64,000 nt of DNA from Mobula hypostoma (Eukaryota): the NCBI RefSeq assembly GCF_963921235.1, contig NC_086097.1:77626001-77690000 (forward strand), given 5' to 3'. Below the pieces are notes generated by a model. The model saw only the letters and a program-made list of their open reading frames with translations, searched no databases and was not told the DNA's origin. This document shows positions 25,315 to 37,700 of the stretch, one piece after another; position 1 is the first letter of the stretch, and every line of letters starts with the position of its first letter. The position numbers were made by a program, and so were the translations under genes.

Positions 25315-26045
25315 CAGAATCAGGCTGATTTTCACTGACATGTGTTGTGAAATTTGCTATCTTGTGCTGGCAGTAGAGTGCAAGACAAAACAAGGTATTA
25401 TTATTTAACATAAAATAAATAAATTGAGCGAAAGGAGAATAATGAGGTAATGCTCATGCGGTCATTGGCCACTCAGAAATCTGGTGGCAGATAAGAAGCT
25501 GTTCTTAAAACATTAAATGCGGGTCTTCATGCTCCTGTACTTCCTTCCTGATGCTAATGAGAAAAGGGCACGTCACAGACTGGTCGATGGCATCTTCCGG
25601 AGGCACTGCCTTTTGAAGATTCCTTGGTGATACGGAGGATTGCGCCCATGATGGACCGGGCTGAATCTACAACCTTCTGCAAGCTCTTTCAATCCTGTGC
25701 ATTGGAGATGCCATTGCTGCAAACAGCCAGAACACTTTCCACTGTATATCCGTAGAAATTTCCAAGAGTAGTAACTTACCAAATGTCCTCAAACTCCTAA
25801 TGCAGTAGAGCCACTGGAGAACTCTTCTGTTTGCATCAATGTGTTGGGCCCAGGACAGATCCTCTGAGATGTTGACAGCCAAGAACTTGAAGCTGCTCAA
25901 CCTCTCCACCACTGACCCCCTCAAGAGGACTGATGTACCTTCTCCTGACTTCCCCTTCCTGAGGCCCACAGTCAGTTCCTTGGTTTTGCTGACATCAAGT
26001 GCAAGGTTATTGTTTCAACACTTCTCAACCAGGCGATCTACCTTG
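25315..26045 (-). mobile_element. Rex1/Babar LINE 3' fragment
   Basis: ORF 25667-25969: VERLSSFKFLAVNISEDLSWAQHID. Confidence 0.8.
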
Positions 26046-26729
26046 ACTGGTTCTGCCTCCATTACACATTTAGACAGTGAGCTCCAGGTCCACTGGGTAA
26101 ACATAAATTCCCTTGTGAGCCCCTCATCCTACAATCAATAGTTTAAACTTATGGACTTTGGTATTTGATCCATCATCTGAGGGATATATATTTGTTCCTA
26201 TTGCTTTCTTTAGGCCCTTCATAATTTTTCATATTTCAATTGAATCTCTCATCAATTTCCTCTGCTGCAAAAACAACAAGCCTAGCTTATGCAATCTGTC
26301 ACAGTTAATATTTTCATATTTGTCTGACAGCCAGGACGAGATGAGAAATTTCCTCCAAGCCAACATTGGAAAAATTGAGCATTCAGTGGAGGGAATAAGT
26401 AGGGATGGTTTGTGAACAATTTTCAGCAGAATAGCTCAAGGAATTGTAGGAAATTATACAACCACAGACTACAGGCCAAGAATCCAGACTGTATCGTATT
26501 CTTTGTGTCTAGGTGTCCAAGTTCAGTTTTCCTCATTCAGGTTTTGAGCCCATGAAGTTAATGTGAATTCTTTAGACTACACATGATCACAGATCTGCAC
26601 TAGCAGAATGATAAGACATATGCATCTCTGACCCAAGAGATGGATGATGCCAATTCTCATTCACTGGCTCAGCCCAAGAACTTTCTGCCTCTTCTGTTCA
26701 ATTATTTTTCTTCTGTACAGGTGTGGTTT

Positions 26730-27097
26730 CTGGGTGGTGGGGTGGAGATATGTCTCCACCAAAGGAGGTGTAATATGCTCCTTCCCTCTGCTAACCTGCA
26801 GCTCATCCCAGGGCAAGCTGTAGCATCTGCTTAGCCCCCGATCAGGGTCACACAAAGCCATGCGAGCAGGTGATGGATGATCGTATGAGCACCTGATACA
26901 TATCACAAGTCCTGCTTATGCGATCACTGACGCCAGGCAGACAATCTATGAAGAGTACTTATAATGGCTGGGGTCACCCATCTTGTGAAGACTCTGCCCA
27001 GAAGAAGTCAATGGCAAACTACTTCTGTTGAAAAATTTGCCAAGAACAATCATGGTCAAGATCATGTCATACGACACGACACGTAATGATGATGATC
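26730..27097 (+). mobile_element. SINE-like element with RTE-type 3' tail
   Basis: GAAGAAGTCAATGGCAAACTACTTCTG (27001-27027) and (GAT)n tail. Homologous to 2520-2912. Confidence 0.65.
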
Positions 27098-27846
27098 ATA
27101 TGTGAGGATTGATCAGTCATTGACAGGGGCCTGAAAGAATAGTTTAGTTACTGTCAGGGCAAGGGACCTGGACAGCTTACCATGACCACTGCTAAGGCAA
27201 CACAAAATGCTAAAGTGTTTGCAATTTGTTCAGGGGACAAACACAATTACATTTCTTTGTACCATCCAATAAGATGTATTGCTTAGGACCACTTGCATGA
27301 AGAATGTCACTTTAAGGCAGAAGCCACTGTGAAACAGTAGAGAGGAGGCCAGCGGTAATACAGGGTAGACCCTCACCTAACAGGGATTCCAGTCTGTTGA
27401 AGCTCTGACAGGAGGTGTTGCATCTCATAATGACAGCTCCTCAGCTAGTCTCTTGTCCCTTACAGCGAGTGTCATACAGTGGTTCATAACTTGAGTGAGC
27501 ACTACTCTGAGATGGGAGGGTAGGGTGTTGGGAAACAAATTTTACAGGGAGATTATGAGTCTTTCATAGTATTATGAACCATACCCCAGAGAAACAGACC
27601 CTTCAGCCCATCATAACAATACTAACCACCAAGAGCCCATCTAACCTAAACCCATAGCAACTATACTCTACTGGAGGCAATATAGTTAGAAGTAAGGTAA
27701 AAGTACATACTTAGTAGCCCAGCCATCCCAGGGGCAAGGCTATCAGTAGCTTTATGAAGGTTCAAAACCACCAGAACTCCTTAAAAGGAATGGCTTGTGA
27801 CATGGCAGGTGTTTTTCAGGAAGGTTTGCTATGAAGGAGGGAGCTG

Positions 27847-28197
27847 TGTGTTGACCATAGTCTTGGGAGGGTGTCCTGGATTCATCCTCCCGTGCTTGTG
27901 CTCCCATATGATGACTAGGCTGGCAGGTAGCTCAGGGCGGCGTAGACAGTGCCCCGCTAGTTGCAGTCTTCTCACCTCGATTTCAGTGGTGAGCATCGGT
28001 AGGTTGTCATAGAGCTCGTCATAGATAAACCCTGGGCGCCCTCCTAAGACTGAGGTCAACACGCTCCTAGAAGACAGCAGTGCGGCTAATGGAGATGAAC
28101 TGAACACACTGATGAGGGAGAGGGAGAAGTGGAGTCCGTCATCGTGCCCGACGCCGGCCCCCTAGGCCTGAGTTGACGTAGTAGTAGTAGTAGTAGT
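27847..28197. mobile_element. RTE-clade LINE 3' fragment with inverted 5' half
   Basis: Minus half encodes IEVRRLQLAGHCLRRPE. Plus half encodes NPGRPPKTEVNTLLED...KW and ends in a (GTA)n tail. TSD GGGAGCTG (27839-27846 / 28198-28205). Confidence 0.8.
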
Positions 28198-29114
28198 GGG
28201 AGCTGCATATTCTACTGCTTGTAAACAAGTAGAAATTTCAGTTGAAAAAAATTGGAAGCTTCTGGTGTAAAAGATATTTCTTACACCTGAGCCACACCTG
28301 CAACATGCTTGTGTTATGGTAGTCACATAAGGAGGCACAGGTATTTTGCTTTAGAAGGGTCATTCCCAGGTGGTACAAAGCAGTATTGGATGGGTGTTTC
28401 CTCAGTTCATATCGGTCTAAGAGCCACCCTTAAGACCTTGTCCCTGAATGCAGAGTTTGTCCGCAACAGTATGAATGCATCATGGCGTCAGGTGGGCTAC
28501 CACTCAGAATATGAATGACAGCCTGGTTGAGATGGAAAGTCACGTGATCATCGTGGAATAAGATCTTTAATTGGGGACTGCAGCATCCAGCACTGTCTTA
28601 GTAGCCCTTGGATTTTTAAATATGTTTCATATGTAGCACTTTGTATCTCTTGGAATCCAGCTGGAAAGGCAAATGCTATTCGCCATTTATTCTGATTATT
28701 GGAGTTGTCGGGGGAGGTTAGCTCTGCAAACAATCACCTCTTAGCTGACACCTGTGCAATTAAGTCAGTGGTGCCCTGGAAGGGACCAGAGGCAAAAGTA
28801 TTGAAGGGAGAGGTGACTTTTACAACCATTGGCCCAGAAGGAAGTCCGTTTCCTGCCCCAGCCTAAAGTGACAACACAGCCCTCAGAAGCTCTGTTCCTC
28901 TGGCATGTGAGGGAAGCCAATCCTTTCTGTGCTGGGTGGGTAATGTACCCAGCTGCCTCAGCTCCTGATTCTCTTTCTGCTGAACACCAGGCACCTCCAG
29001 CTCTGCTGATCCTAACACAGCACTGTGGATTATTCCCATCTCGTCCTTCTACTAACACACATCAAAGTTGCTGGTTGACACAGCAGGCCAGGCAGCATCT
29101 GTAGGAAGAGGCAC

Positions 29115-29149
29115 AGTCGACGTTTCGGGCCGAGACCCTCGTCAGGACT
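29115..29149 (-). ncRNA. Minimal type I hammerhead ribozyme, intact core
   Basis: Minus strand AGTC-CTGACGA-GGGTCTCGGCCC-GAAA-CGTC-GACT. Confidence 0.8.
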
Positions 29150-29722
29150 AACTGAAAGAAGAGCTAGTAAGAGATTTGAAAGTGGGAGGGGGAGGGGGAG
29201 ATCCAAACTGATAGGAGAAGACAGGAGGGGGAGGGATGAAGTTAAGAGCTGGACAGGTGATTGGCAAAAGGGATATGAGAGGATCATGGGACAGGTGGCC
29301 TAGGGAGAAAGAAAAGGGGGAGGGGGGAAAAACCCAGAGGATGGGCAGGGGGTATAGTGAGAGGGACAGAGGGAGAAAAAGGAGAGAGAGAAAAAGAATG
29401 TGTGTATATAAAGAAATAACGGATGGGGTACGAGGGGGAGGTGGGGCATTACGTTATTTCTTTATATACACACATTCTTTTTCTCTTTCTCCTTTTTCTC
29501 CCTCTGTCCCTCTCACTATACCCCCTGCCCATCCTCTGGGTTTTCCACCCTCCCCCTTTTCTTTCTCCCTAGGCCTCCTGTCCCACGATCCTCTCATATC
29601 CCTTTTGCCTATCACCTGTCCAGCTCTTGGCTTCATCCCTCCCCCTCCTGTCTTCTCCTATCATTTTGGATCTCCCCCTCCCCCTCCCACTTTCAAATCT
29701 CTTACTAGCTCTTCTTTCAGTT

Positions 29723-29758
29723 AGTCCTGAAGAAGGGTCTCGGCCCGAAACGTCGACT
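29723..29758 (+). ncRNA. Minimal type I hammerhead ribozyme, intact core
   Basis: AGTC-CTGAAGA-AGGGTCTCGGCCC-GAAA-CGTC-GACT, with a GUC cleavage triplet. Confidence 0.8.
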
Positions 29759-30039
29759 GTACCTCTTCCTACAGATGCTGCTTGGCATGCTGCGTTCACC
29801 AGCAACTTTGATGTGTGTTGCTTGAATTTCCAGCATCTGCAGAATTCCTCGTGTTTTTATCCTTCTACTGTTGTTTTTAAAAATAGCAATGGTACCTGCC
29901 ATCCTGCTTGTGCCCCTTGGCAAAGCTTCACAAACGCCTCCGTGCAGAGAAAATGCTTGCCTCGGGGAAATGACAAAGCTGCTGCAAATGCTGAGACTTT
30001 ATCGAAGCAGAGCAATCTTAACTTTAAGCCACCAGAAAG

Positions 30040-30283
30040 ACAGTAGAGTATTGGTTAGAGTAATGTTATTGCAGCGCCTGTGACCCTGACCCAGGTTCAA
30101 TTCCAGTCACTGTCTCCAAGGAGTTTGTAAGTTATCCCCATGTGGGTGCTCTGCTTTTCTCCCATATTCCAAAGGCATACGGGATAACATGATAATGGGT
30201 CTCATGGGTGTAGCTGGGTGCTGCTGGCTGACTGGGCCAGAAGGGTCTGTTGCCATGTAGTATCGCTAAATAAATAAAAATAA
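30040..30283 (+). mobile_element. V-SINE/HE1-type SINE
   Basis: CCAGGTTCAATTCC B-box, AAGGAGTTTGTA core, (TAAA)n tail. Confidence 0.7.
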
Positions 30284-31524
30284 ACTTGAAATGTTCCTGC
30301 TGCTTTTCACTTTTCTCTTATCCGAGCCTATCCGGCGTACCCAACCCTGCCTACGAAGATTCGCCTCAGCATGTCCTGCTGTCTCGACAAATTTATCCAG
30401 CAAATAGCTGAGGCACAATGGGGAATATCTTGTTTTTTTTAATCCGCACTGATTTTGATTTACTATGGCAGGCTGTGTTTTTTGATCACAATGATAAGTA
30501 CTCATTCTTAGAACAGCTTTTCAAATGGCTCAGATTTGGTAAATTCCGCATCATCATTGAAATAAGTTAGATTCAGAATGGTCAAGCACATGAAGATCAA
30601 AAACAAACTCTCAGGAAAACTCAATGGGTCAGGCAGCATTTGGGTCCACCCACAGGGTTCCTACAGTGTTTTGATTTTTGGTCGAGATTCCAACATCTGC
30701 AGTCTCTTATGTCTCCAATGCAAAGAGACTATTAACAAATTCTCCTTTTTTTGATTGACTAAGTTAAGAATTTAAAACAAAACTAAATAAAATTAGTTCC
30801 ATAATCCTTAAATTTGGGAAGAAAAGACAAGCTCCTTCTGAGTTGCTTCTTACTTGTTGTTGTGCTTGTGTTATAAGAGAAAAATACATTGTGAACTCTT
30901 CATGTCAGTCTGTAATTTTATTTAGTAGCCAGATGTGTCCGAGGACATGTTTACAGTTTTTTCCACTGAACTGTAAACTAACAATTTAATTTGCAATATA
31001 ACCATGTGGTCCAATCTTGTTTCCTACTTCCCATGCTCTTAACAACTTACAGAAATAGGTCCATTGCTTAATGAGAAGTTGTCTTTCAAGTGAAGCTTTG
31101 ACCACAGGGAATGTTGTTGACCTATCAATGGCTTCAGTCTACGTGGCAGTTTTTCTGCAGACTCCTATGATTATATCACAATTGCTTACTTCTACCCAAC
31201 TTGATACTGTTTAACAGCCATGGGTACCACAATGTGAAAGATGACAAGTTTTGGGGATTGCAGTTATAACTACCATCTTTGATCATGCTGTCCATTGAGT
31301 TCACTCCAGAACATAACATGGCCAGTCAGCCATGGCATCTATGTTAGCACATAGAAATATTATTTCAAACCTTCTCATAGTCATTGAGTTGGACATCATA
31401 GAAAAGTTCCTTCAACCTAACTTGTCCGTGCTGACTGTGTTCCCCACACTTGGCCCATGGCCCTTGAAACCACTCATCTATTCTCTTTCCCATGCCCATA
31501 AACTTCACCATAAATTATTCTGCC

Positions 31525-31715
31525 ACCCTCTTACACTAGGGGTAATTTACAATATCTAATTAGCCTACCAACCAGTATGTGAAGGGATGTGGGAGGAAAG
31601 TGGAGCACCAGGAGAAACCCAGGAGGCCACAGGGAGAACATAAAAACACCACACAGATGTCACTAGAGGACAGGACTGAAACCAATCTCTGGCATTGTGA
31701 GGGAGTAACACTACC
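31525..31715 (-). mobile_element. V-SINE/HE1-type SINE
   Basis: GGGAGGAAAGTGGAGCACCAGGAGAAACCC is the antisense V-domain. Confidence 0.7.
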
Positions 31716-32559
31716 TGATGAGGCAAATGCGTCTCTTTGACTGTTACTGTCCTGTTTACACAGAGTTCTTAGTGCTGAGCTGCTCACTGATTTGCTGACA
31801 TTTCTGCACAGTTATTTTGGCCTGTCCCCTTTTTATCATTTATTATTTTGTTCCGATTTAGCACCTTTATTTTTGGACCATCTTTAACTTTTCAAGTAAT
31901 TGCAACAAGCTGGCTTACTCTCCAACACTTCCATTGATGAAGCATTGTACTACAATTAGATTTAAAAAAAAACAAACAAGTTAAGAGGAATTTCTTTACA
32001 TAGAAAATGTAAAAGTCTATGATGCATGAAGTGACTGAAATGAAGAACATTGGCGCACTTAAAGTTGGCATGAGAAGAGTGGAAAGATTTGGCTCAGGAT
32101 GAGCTGCAATTATTAGAAAGGGTGGTGGTGTCTGCAGCATAAACAAATTACTTGGACAAGTTGAACCAAAGGGCCGGCTGATGTGCTGTGAACTCAGTGT
32201 AGTTCAACAGCCAACTTAATTTCCCAGAACTAATGTCTATGCTTCATCGACCAGATGCACAGTAAACGAGGGAGATATTTGAGTGCACTGTAAAAACTGT
32301 CCTCTCCTGCTGTGGCCACGTGCTTGAGTTTGACTCCAGGACAGTTCCGGTTCTGCTTTTCTAACCATCTCTATGATCCATCTGCAGATCTCTTCTTCCA
32401 CCAGTAATATGATGCAGCCGTACAAAAATAGAAACTTGTTTTTAAAGTATGACTTTTGTACATGAACAATAATTTCTTGCATGCAGACGTAAAATATAGA
32501 ATTTACAACATGAACAAGAATGACATTTATACTACAAAGTAATTAAATATTTTGAGAGC

Positions 32560-33100
32560 TTGTGGCAGCATGTAATACGAAAGTCAAAAGGAGTGTTTAG
32601 TTTTATTAAAAAAGAGATACAGTACAAAGTTAAGAAAATTTTGATCCATTTGTATCGGATTTCAGTGAGAATGCAATAGGAGTTCTCTGCATAACTTTGT
32701 TTTCTGATTGAAAAAAAACATACTCTTGCCTTCGAGGCACTGCAGAGAAGATTGGTTGCAGGTATGGGATTATTTTATGAGTTTATGACGAAAGATAAAG
32801 CAGATTGAGCTCAGTCTCACTGGGATTTAGAAGAACAAGAAGGTACCTTATTGAAATGCAGAAGATTGTGAGGGGTCTGACAGGGCATATGTTGAGAGAA
32901 TGTTTCATTTGGTGGGGGAATTTAGCAGTGGTAGTTGAATAGTTAAGCACTTTCAAAGATGAGATAGATGGATTATCACACTTTAAAGGCAAATAAGGAT
33001 TATAGTGTGCAGACAGGAAAGAAGAGTTGATCTTATTGAATTGTAGAGCAGGTTTGAGGGGGTCAAATGGCCTACACCTGCTCTTACTTCATATGTTCTC
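32560..33100 (+). mobile_element. Very old CR1 3' fragment
   Basis: TTTAGAAGAACAAGAAGG..CTTATTGAAA and AATGGCCTACACCTGCTC...TATGTTC terminal motifs. Confidence 0.55.
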
Positions 33101-34114
33101 ATCAATCAGCAGGTCAAAAAAGGTCTACACATGATGGCTGTTCAATGAATCTCCTCACATTTATGTAACTGGCTCCCATTTTTTCCTAAATGATAATCAA
33201 TGTCTATGTACATGCTTAGGTGCTCATATATGAATGCATGTGTGCGTGTTTAATTGAGATCTTTTAGCCTTAGTGAATTCTCTCATTGTGGCCATAGCTC
33301 TGTAATATCCACTCCTAACTCCAAGAGTTAAGACAAAGCCAGCTGTTGATTCAGAAATGTGACACAGCACAAGGTCAGAGGGTGGACATGCGAGTTGGAG
33401 CTCTCAGGATCGGCTCATGTTATAACACTAGTTAAACCCTTACTGAAGTCTGAGTGCCAACATTTGACCAAAGGAAATGCAAGAATTAATCTTCAACTTT
33501 ACTGGTAATAATGATAAAACATACACCAGCTTGGAGGAAAAGTTAAATACTAATAATGGCCCGGAATGATTAACTTTAAATCAGTACACTTAATATTAAG
33601 AGTTCTAGATAATTCACATGTCAAGTGAAATGCAATGCTGATTAAGTCTTAATTCTTAATTACTCCACTAGTCCACATATTAATGGACAACTTTATAATT
33701 TTACTATGTTTGTCTTCATGTTTAGCAGAAATTGTTACTTAACCCATCCAAATTTAGAATTAATATTTTGCTAGGACTTTTGCATGAATTTTTTTTTCCC
33801 ATTGGTAATTTCTTTATTCAGTTGTTGGCTGAAAAGGTACGGTAATTTTTTATTCAAACATTTAACACATTTTGGTGGTAGTGCCAGGCTGGAGCAAGGT
33901 ACAGATTTTACATAGCCTACTGCCCACAATCCTGGTTTGAAATGTGCATAATCCTCCACATGAAGATTGGCACACAGAGGTTAGACTCTAAAACAGTGAT
34001 GTGCTCTCGACAAGCGTTCCACACACAAGGGTAAACTCCGGGTGTAGCTTGGTCATCTGCACTGAGTGTGTGCATTTTCATTCGTTTGGAAACACTGTAG
34101 CTGTAAAGAACCGG

Positions 34115-35662
34115 GCTGAGGGAGTCAGGAGGCAGAAGTGAGCGTATTTATTATTACCAAGTAGAAGGTGTTTGGGAAGCTGGCAAGTCTGAAGGTAGGT
34201 AAATCACCTGGACCTGATGGACTACACACTAGGGTTATGAAAGAGGTAGCTGAAGAGATTATGAAAGCATTAGTAGTGATCTTTCAAGAATCACTAGATT
34301 CACTGAATGGTTCCAGAGCACTGGAAAATCACAAATGTCACTCCATTTTATAAGAAGAGAGGGAGGCAGAAGGCAGGAAAATATAGGCCAGTTGGCCTAA
34401 CTTCAGTGATGAGATGTTAGCATTTATTATTAAGGATGAGGTTTCGGGATACATGGAGGCACATGATAAAATGGAACAAAGTCTGCATGGTTTCCTTGGA
34501 GAGAAAGTTTGCCTGACAAATCTGTTGGATTTCTTTGCGAAGATAACAGGCAGGATAGGCAACAGAAAGTCAGTGGGGTGTTGCTTACTTGGATTCTCAG
34601 AAGGCCTTTGACAAGGTGCTGCACATGATGCTGCTGAACAGGTTAGGAGCCCATGGTAGCACTAGCATGGATAGAAGACTGGCTGACCATCAGAAGGCAA
34701 GGAGAGGGAATAAAAGGGGCCTTTTCTGGTTACTGCCGGTGACTAGTGTTGTTCTGCAGGGGTCGCTGTTGGATCTGCTATGCTTCACATTATATGTCAA
34801 GGATCTGGATGGCTGAACTGATGCCTTTATGGGCAGTTTTCAGTTGATACAAAGATAGGCAGAGTAGCAGATTATGTTGAGAAAGCAAGAAGTCCTCAGA
34901 AGGATTTGGTCAGGTTAGGAGAATGGGCAAAATAGCAGCAGGAGGAAGTGTATGGTCATGCATTTTGGTAGAAGGAATAAAGGAATAGACTATTTTGGGA
35001 GCAAATTCAGAAATCAGAAGTGCAATGGGACCTGTGAGTCCTAGTGCAGAATTCCTTAAAGGTTAATTTTGTCGGTTGAAATGGTAGTTAGGAGAGCATA
35101 TTCAGAGGACCAGGATATAAAAACTAAGATGTAATGCTAGGTTTTCTAAGGAGTTGGTCAGACCACATTTGGAATATTGTTTGCAGTTTTGTCTGCATAT
35201 CTAAGGAAGGATATACTGGCATCGGCGAGGAGGTTTATGAGAATGATCCTCAGACTGGAAGGGTTAGTATATGAGGAGTGTTTGACGGCTCTGGTTCTGT
35301 GCTCATTTAGAAGAATGATGGGGGATTCTCATTGAAACCTACCAAATACTGAAAGGTCTGGATAGAGTGGATATGGAGAGCATGTTTGCTATAGTCAAAC
35401 AGTTTAGGACAAGAGAGCACAGCCTCAGATTAGAAGGATGTCCCTTTAGAACAGGGATGCCATAGGGTAGTGAATGTATGGAGGCAAAGTCAGTGGGCAA
35501 ATTTAAAATGGAGTTTGATAGATTCCTGATTAGTAACTGTGTCAAGGGCTACAGAGGGAAGGCAGGAGAATAGGGTTGAGAAGGAAAAGAAATCAAGCGT
35601 GATTAAATGGTGGAGCAGACTTGATGGCTGAATGGCCTAATTCTGCTCCTATGTTTCCGGTC
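34115..35662 (+). mobile_element. Degraded CR1 LINE (RT plus 3' end)
   Basis: KSPGPDGLH.RVMKEVAEEI, CLTNLLDFF, DSQKAFDKV, VTSVVLQGSLL. Ends AATGGCCTAATTCTGCTCCTATG. Confidence 0.9.
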
Positions 35663-37006
35663 TAAGAGCCAGACAGTGGAGCCCGGTAATGCTTACAGAG
35701 CAACACCAATTGTAACTTCTCAAGGGACAAACCGTTCCATCAAGCATGCTCTGTTCCCTGCTAGAAAGATTAAATTTAGCACCTAAAGTAAATTAAAAAT
35801 ATAATCGTGTAAACTCTGAATAACCCAGCTTCCCAAGGAACGTTGCCAAGCAGGAATACAGGGACTGTGGAAGGTAATTTAGCAATTGGGTTTTCACTCA
35901 AGCAGTAAATAAAAACAATTTTAATTTCTTGTTTATTCACATCAGCACTGAATGGATGAGCTCTAGTTTTACAGCTTTCTACCTTCTCAATTCCCATTGG
36001 ATAGGCTTTGGCTCCTTCGATGTTAACCATGTGAGTAGCATTGATGCAGGGTTTCAGCATGGTAAACTGTCAAAATCCATGTAAGAAAAGCTCCTTTGTA
36101 CAGTATAAATTGTTTAACAAATAAATTTCCTTGATTTGTTAGTTTAAATTATCAAATATCCTTCAGTTTCCTAGAGAATTAATGAGAGTAGCTACTGAGG
36201 CAGAATATAAGGATTGGAATAGTTGACAAAACTATTAAATATGGGTGTTGTTACTGAAATGGGACCCAGACTGTGAGCATGCTTATACCTGAGATAACAT
36301 TGTGGATATTTGCCAAGAGACAGCAAGCCACATGAGTCAACTGAGATAGCTGATGCTAGAACAAATAAAGGGTTGAGTCATTAGATATCCAGGTGAGTAA
36401 TCTGTCAAAAGAATGAAGGGAATGGAGGGAAGAGTTTACATAGCGCTAGCAACAGAGGAGTAAAGGTAAAGGCAATATTGTACCTGAATGTGTCATAAAT
36501 GGAAAGATTTCTACCACACCATAAAATCCCTCAAGAGACTTAAGAACATATTGTTTTCATTCTCAGTGCAGTGCAACCAGAAATACAACATTGGCTGTTA
36601 TCAATTCTTTACATACAGCCAGGAACAGGAGAAACTTTTGATACTTTCTTAATGGATCGTAGATTGTGAGTGGATGACTGCAATTTTAGAAATTCGAAGG
36701 ACTTGCTCATAAGAATCATATCCTTGGAAGAAGAGTTGCATAAGCGCATGGAAAGCTGAGGAACTATCAAAAATCACTGTGTAAATATTAGAGGACCAAC
36801 AGAAGCCAGTGTTACAGGGTAAGAGACACAACAGGAAAATATAGCTTAGGTATTTCAAGCATTGTGGTCAACAGTATGAGCTGTGGAAAAACAAATAGCC
36901 AACTTTGGAAGGAAATGTGAATGTGATATGCATCATAAAATTATTTCAAAAAAGGCGCAATGAAATTAAATCAGAAACTTCAGAGTGCGTGAAGTGAGTT
37001 ATTTAG

Positions 37007-37700
37007 AAGTCAAGTCAAGTCAAGTCACTTTTTATTGTCATTTCGACCATAACTGCTGGTACAGTACACAGTAAAAATGAGACAACATTTTTCAGGACCA
37101 TGATGCTACATGAAACAACATAAAAACTACCCTGAACTACGTAAAACGACACAAAAACTAACTAGACTACAGACCTACCCGGGACTGCATAAAGTGCACA
37201 AAACAGTGCAGGCATTACAATAAATAATAAACAAGACAATAGGCACAGTAGAGGGCAGTAGGTTGGTGTCAGTCCAGGCTCTGGGTATTGAGAAGTCTGA
37301 TGGCTTGGGGGAAGAAACTGTTACATAGTCTGGTCGTGAGAGCCCGAATGCTTTGGTACCTTTTGCCAGGTGGCAGGAGGGAGAAGAGTTTGTATGAGGG
37401 GTGCGTGAGGTCCTTCATAATGCTATTTGCTTTATGGATGCAGCGTGTGGTGTAAATGTCTCTAATGGCGGGAAGAGACACCCCGATGATCTTCTCAGCT
37501 GACCTCACTATCCACTGCAGGGTCTTGCAATCGGAGACGGTGCAATTTCTGAACCAGGCAGTGATGCAGCTGCTCAGGATGCTCTCAATACAACCTCTGT
37601 AGAATGTGATGAGGATGAGGGGGTGGGAGATGGACTTTTCTCAGCCTTCACAGAAAGTACAGATGCTGCCGGGCTTTCTTTGCTATGGAGCTGGTGTTGA
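37007..37700 (-). mobile_element. 5'-truncated Rex1 LINE
   Basis: ORF 37269-37508: RSAEKIIG...LFSLLPPGKRYQS...NSFFPQAIRLLN. (ACTTG)n tail at 37007-37026. Confidence 0.9.

Larger units (their letters stand above)
29054..29859. mobile_element. Palindromic Penelope-like pseudo-LTR pair (non-coding)
   Basis: Inverted arms 29054-29421 and 29452-29819 with a 30-nt spacer. TSD TCCTTCTACT (29044-29053 / 29860-29869). Confidence 0.9.

Noticed and set aside
27181..27326. Minus-strand segment with good splice signals
   Set aside because: Stops in all three frames; a non-coding exon cannot be supported from sequence alone.
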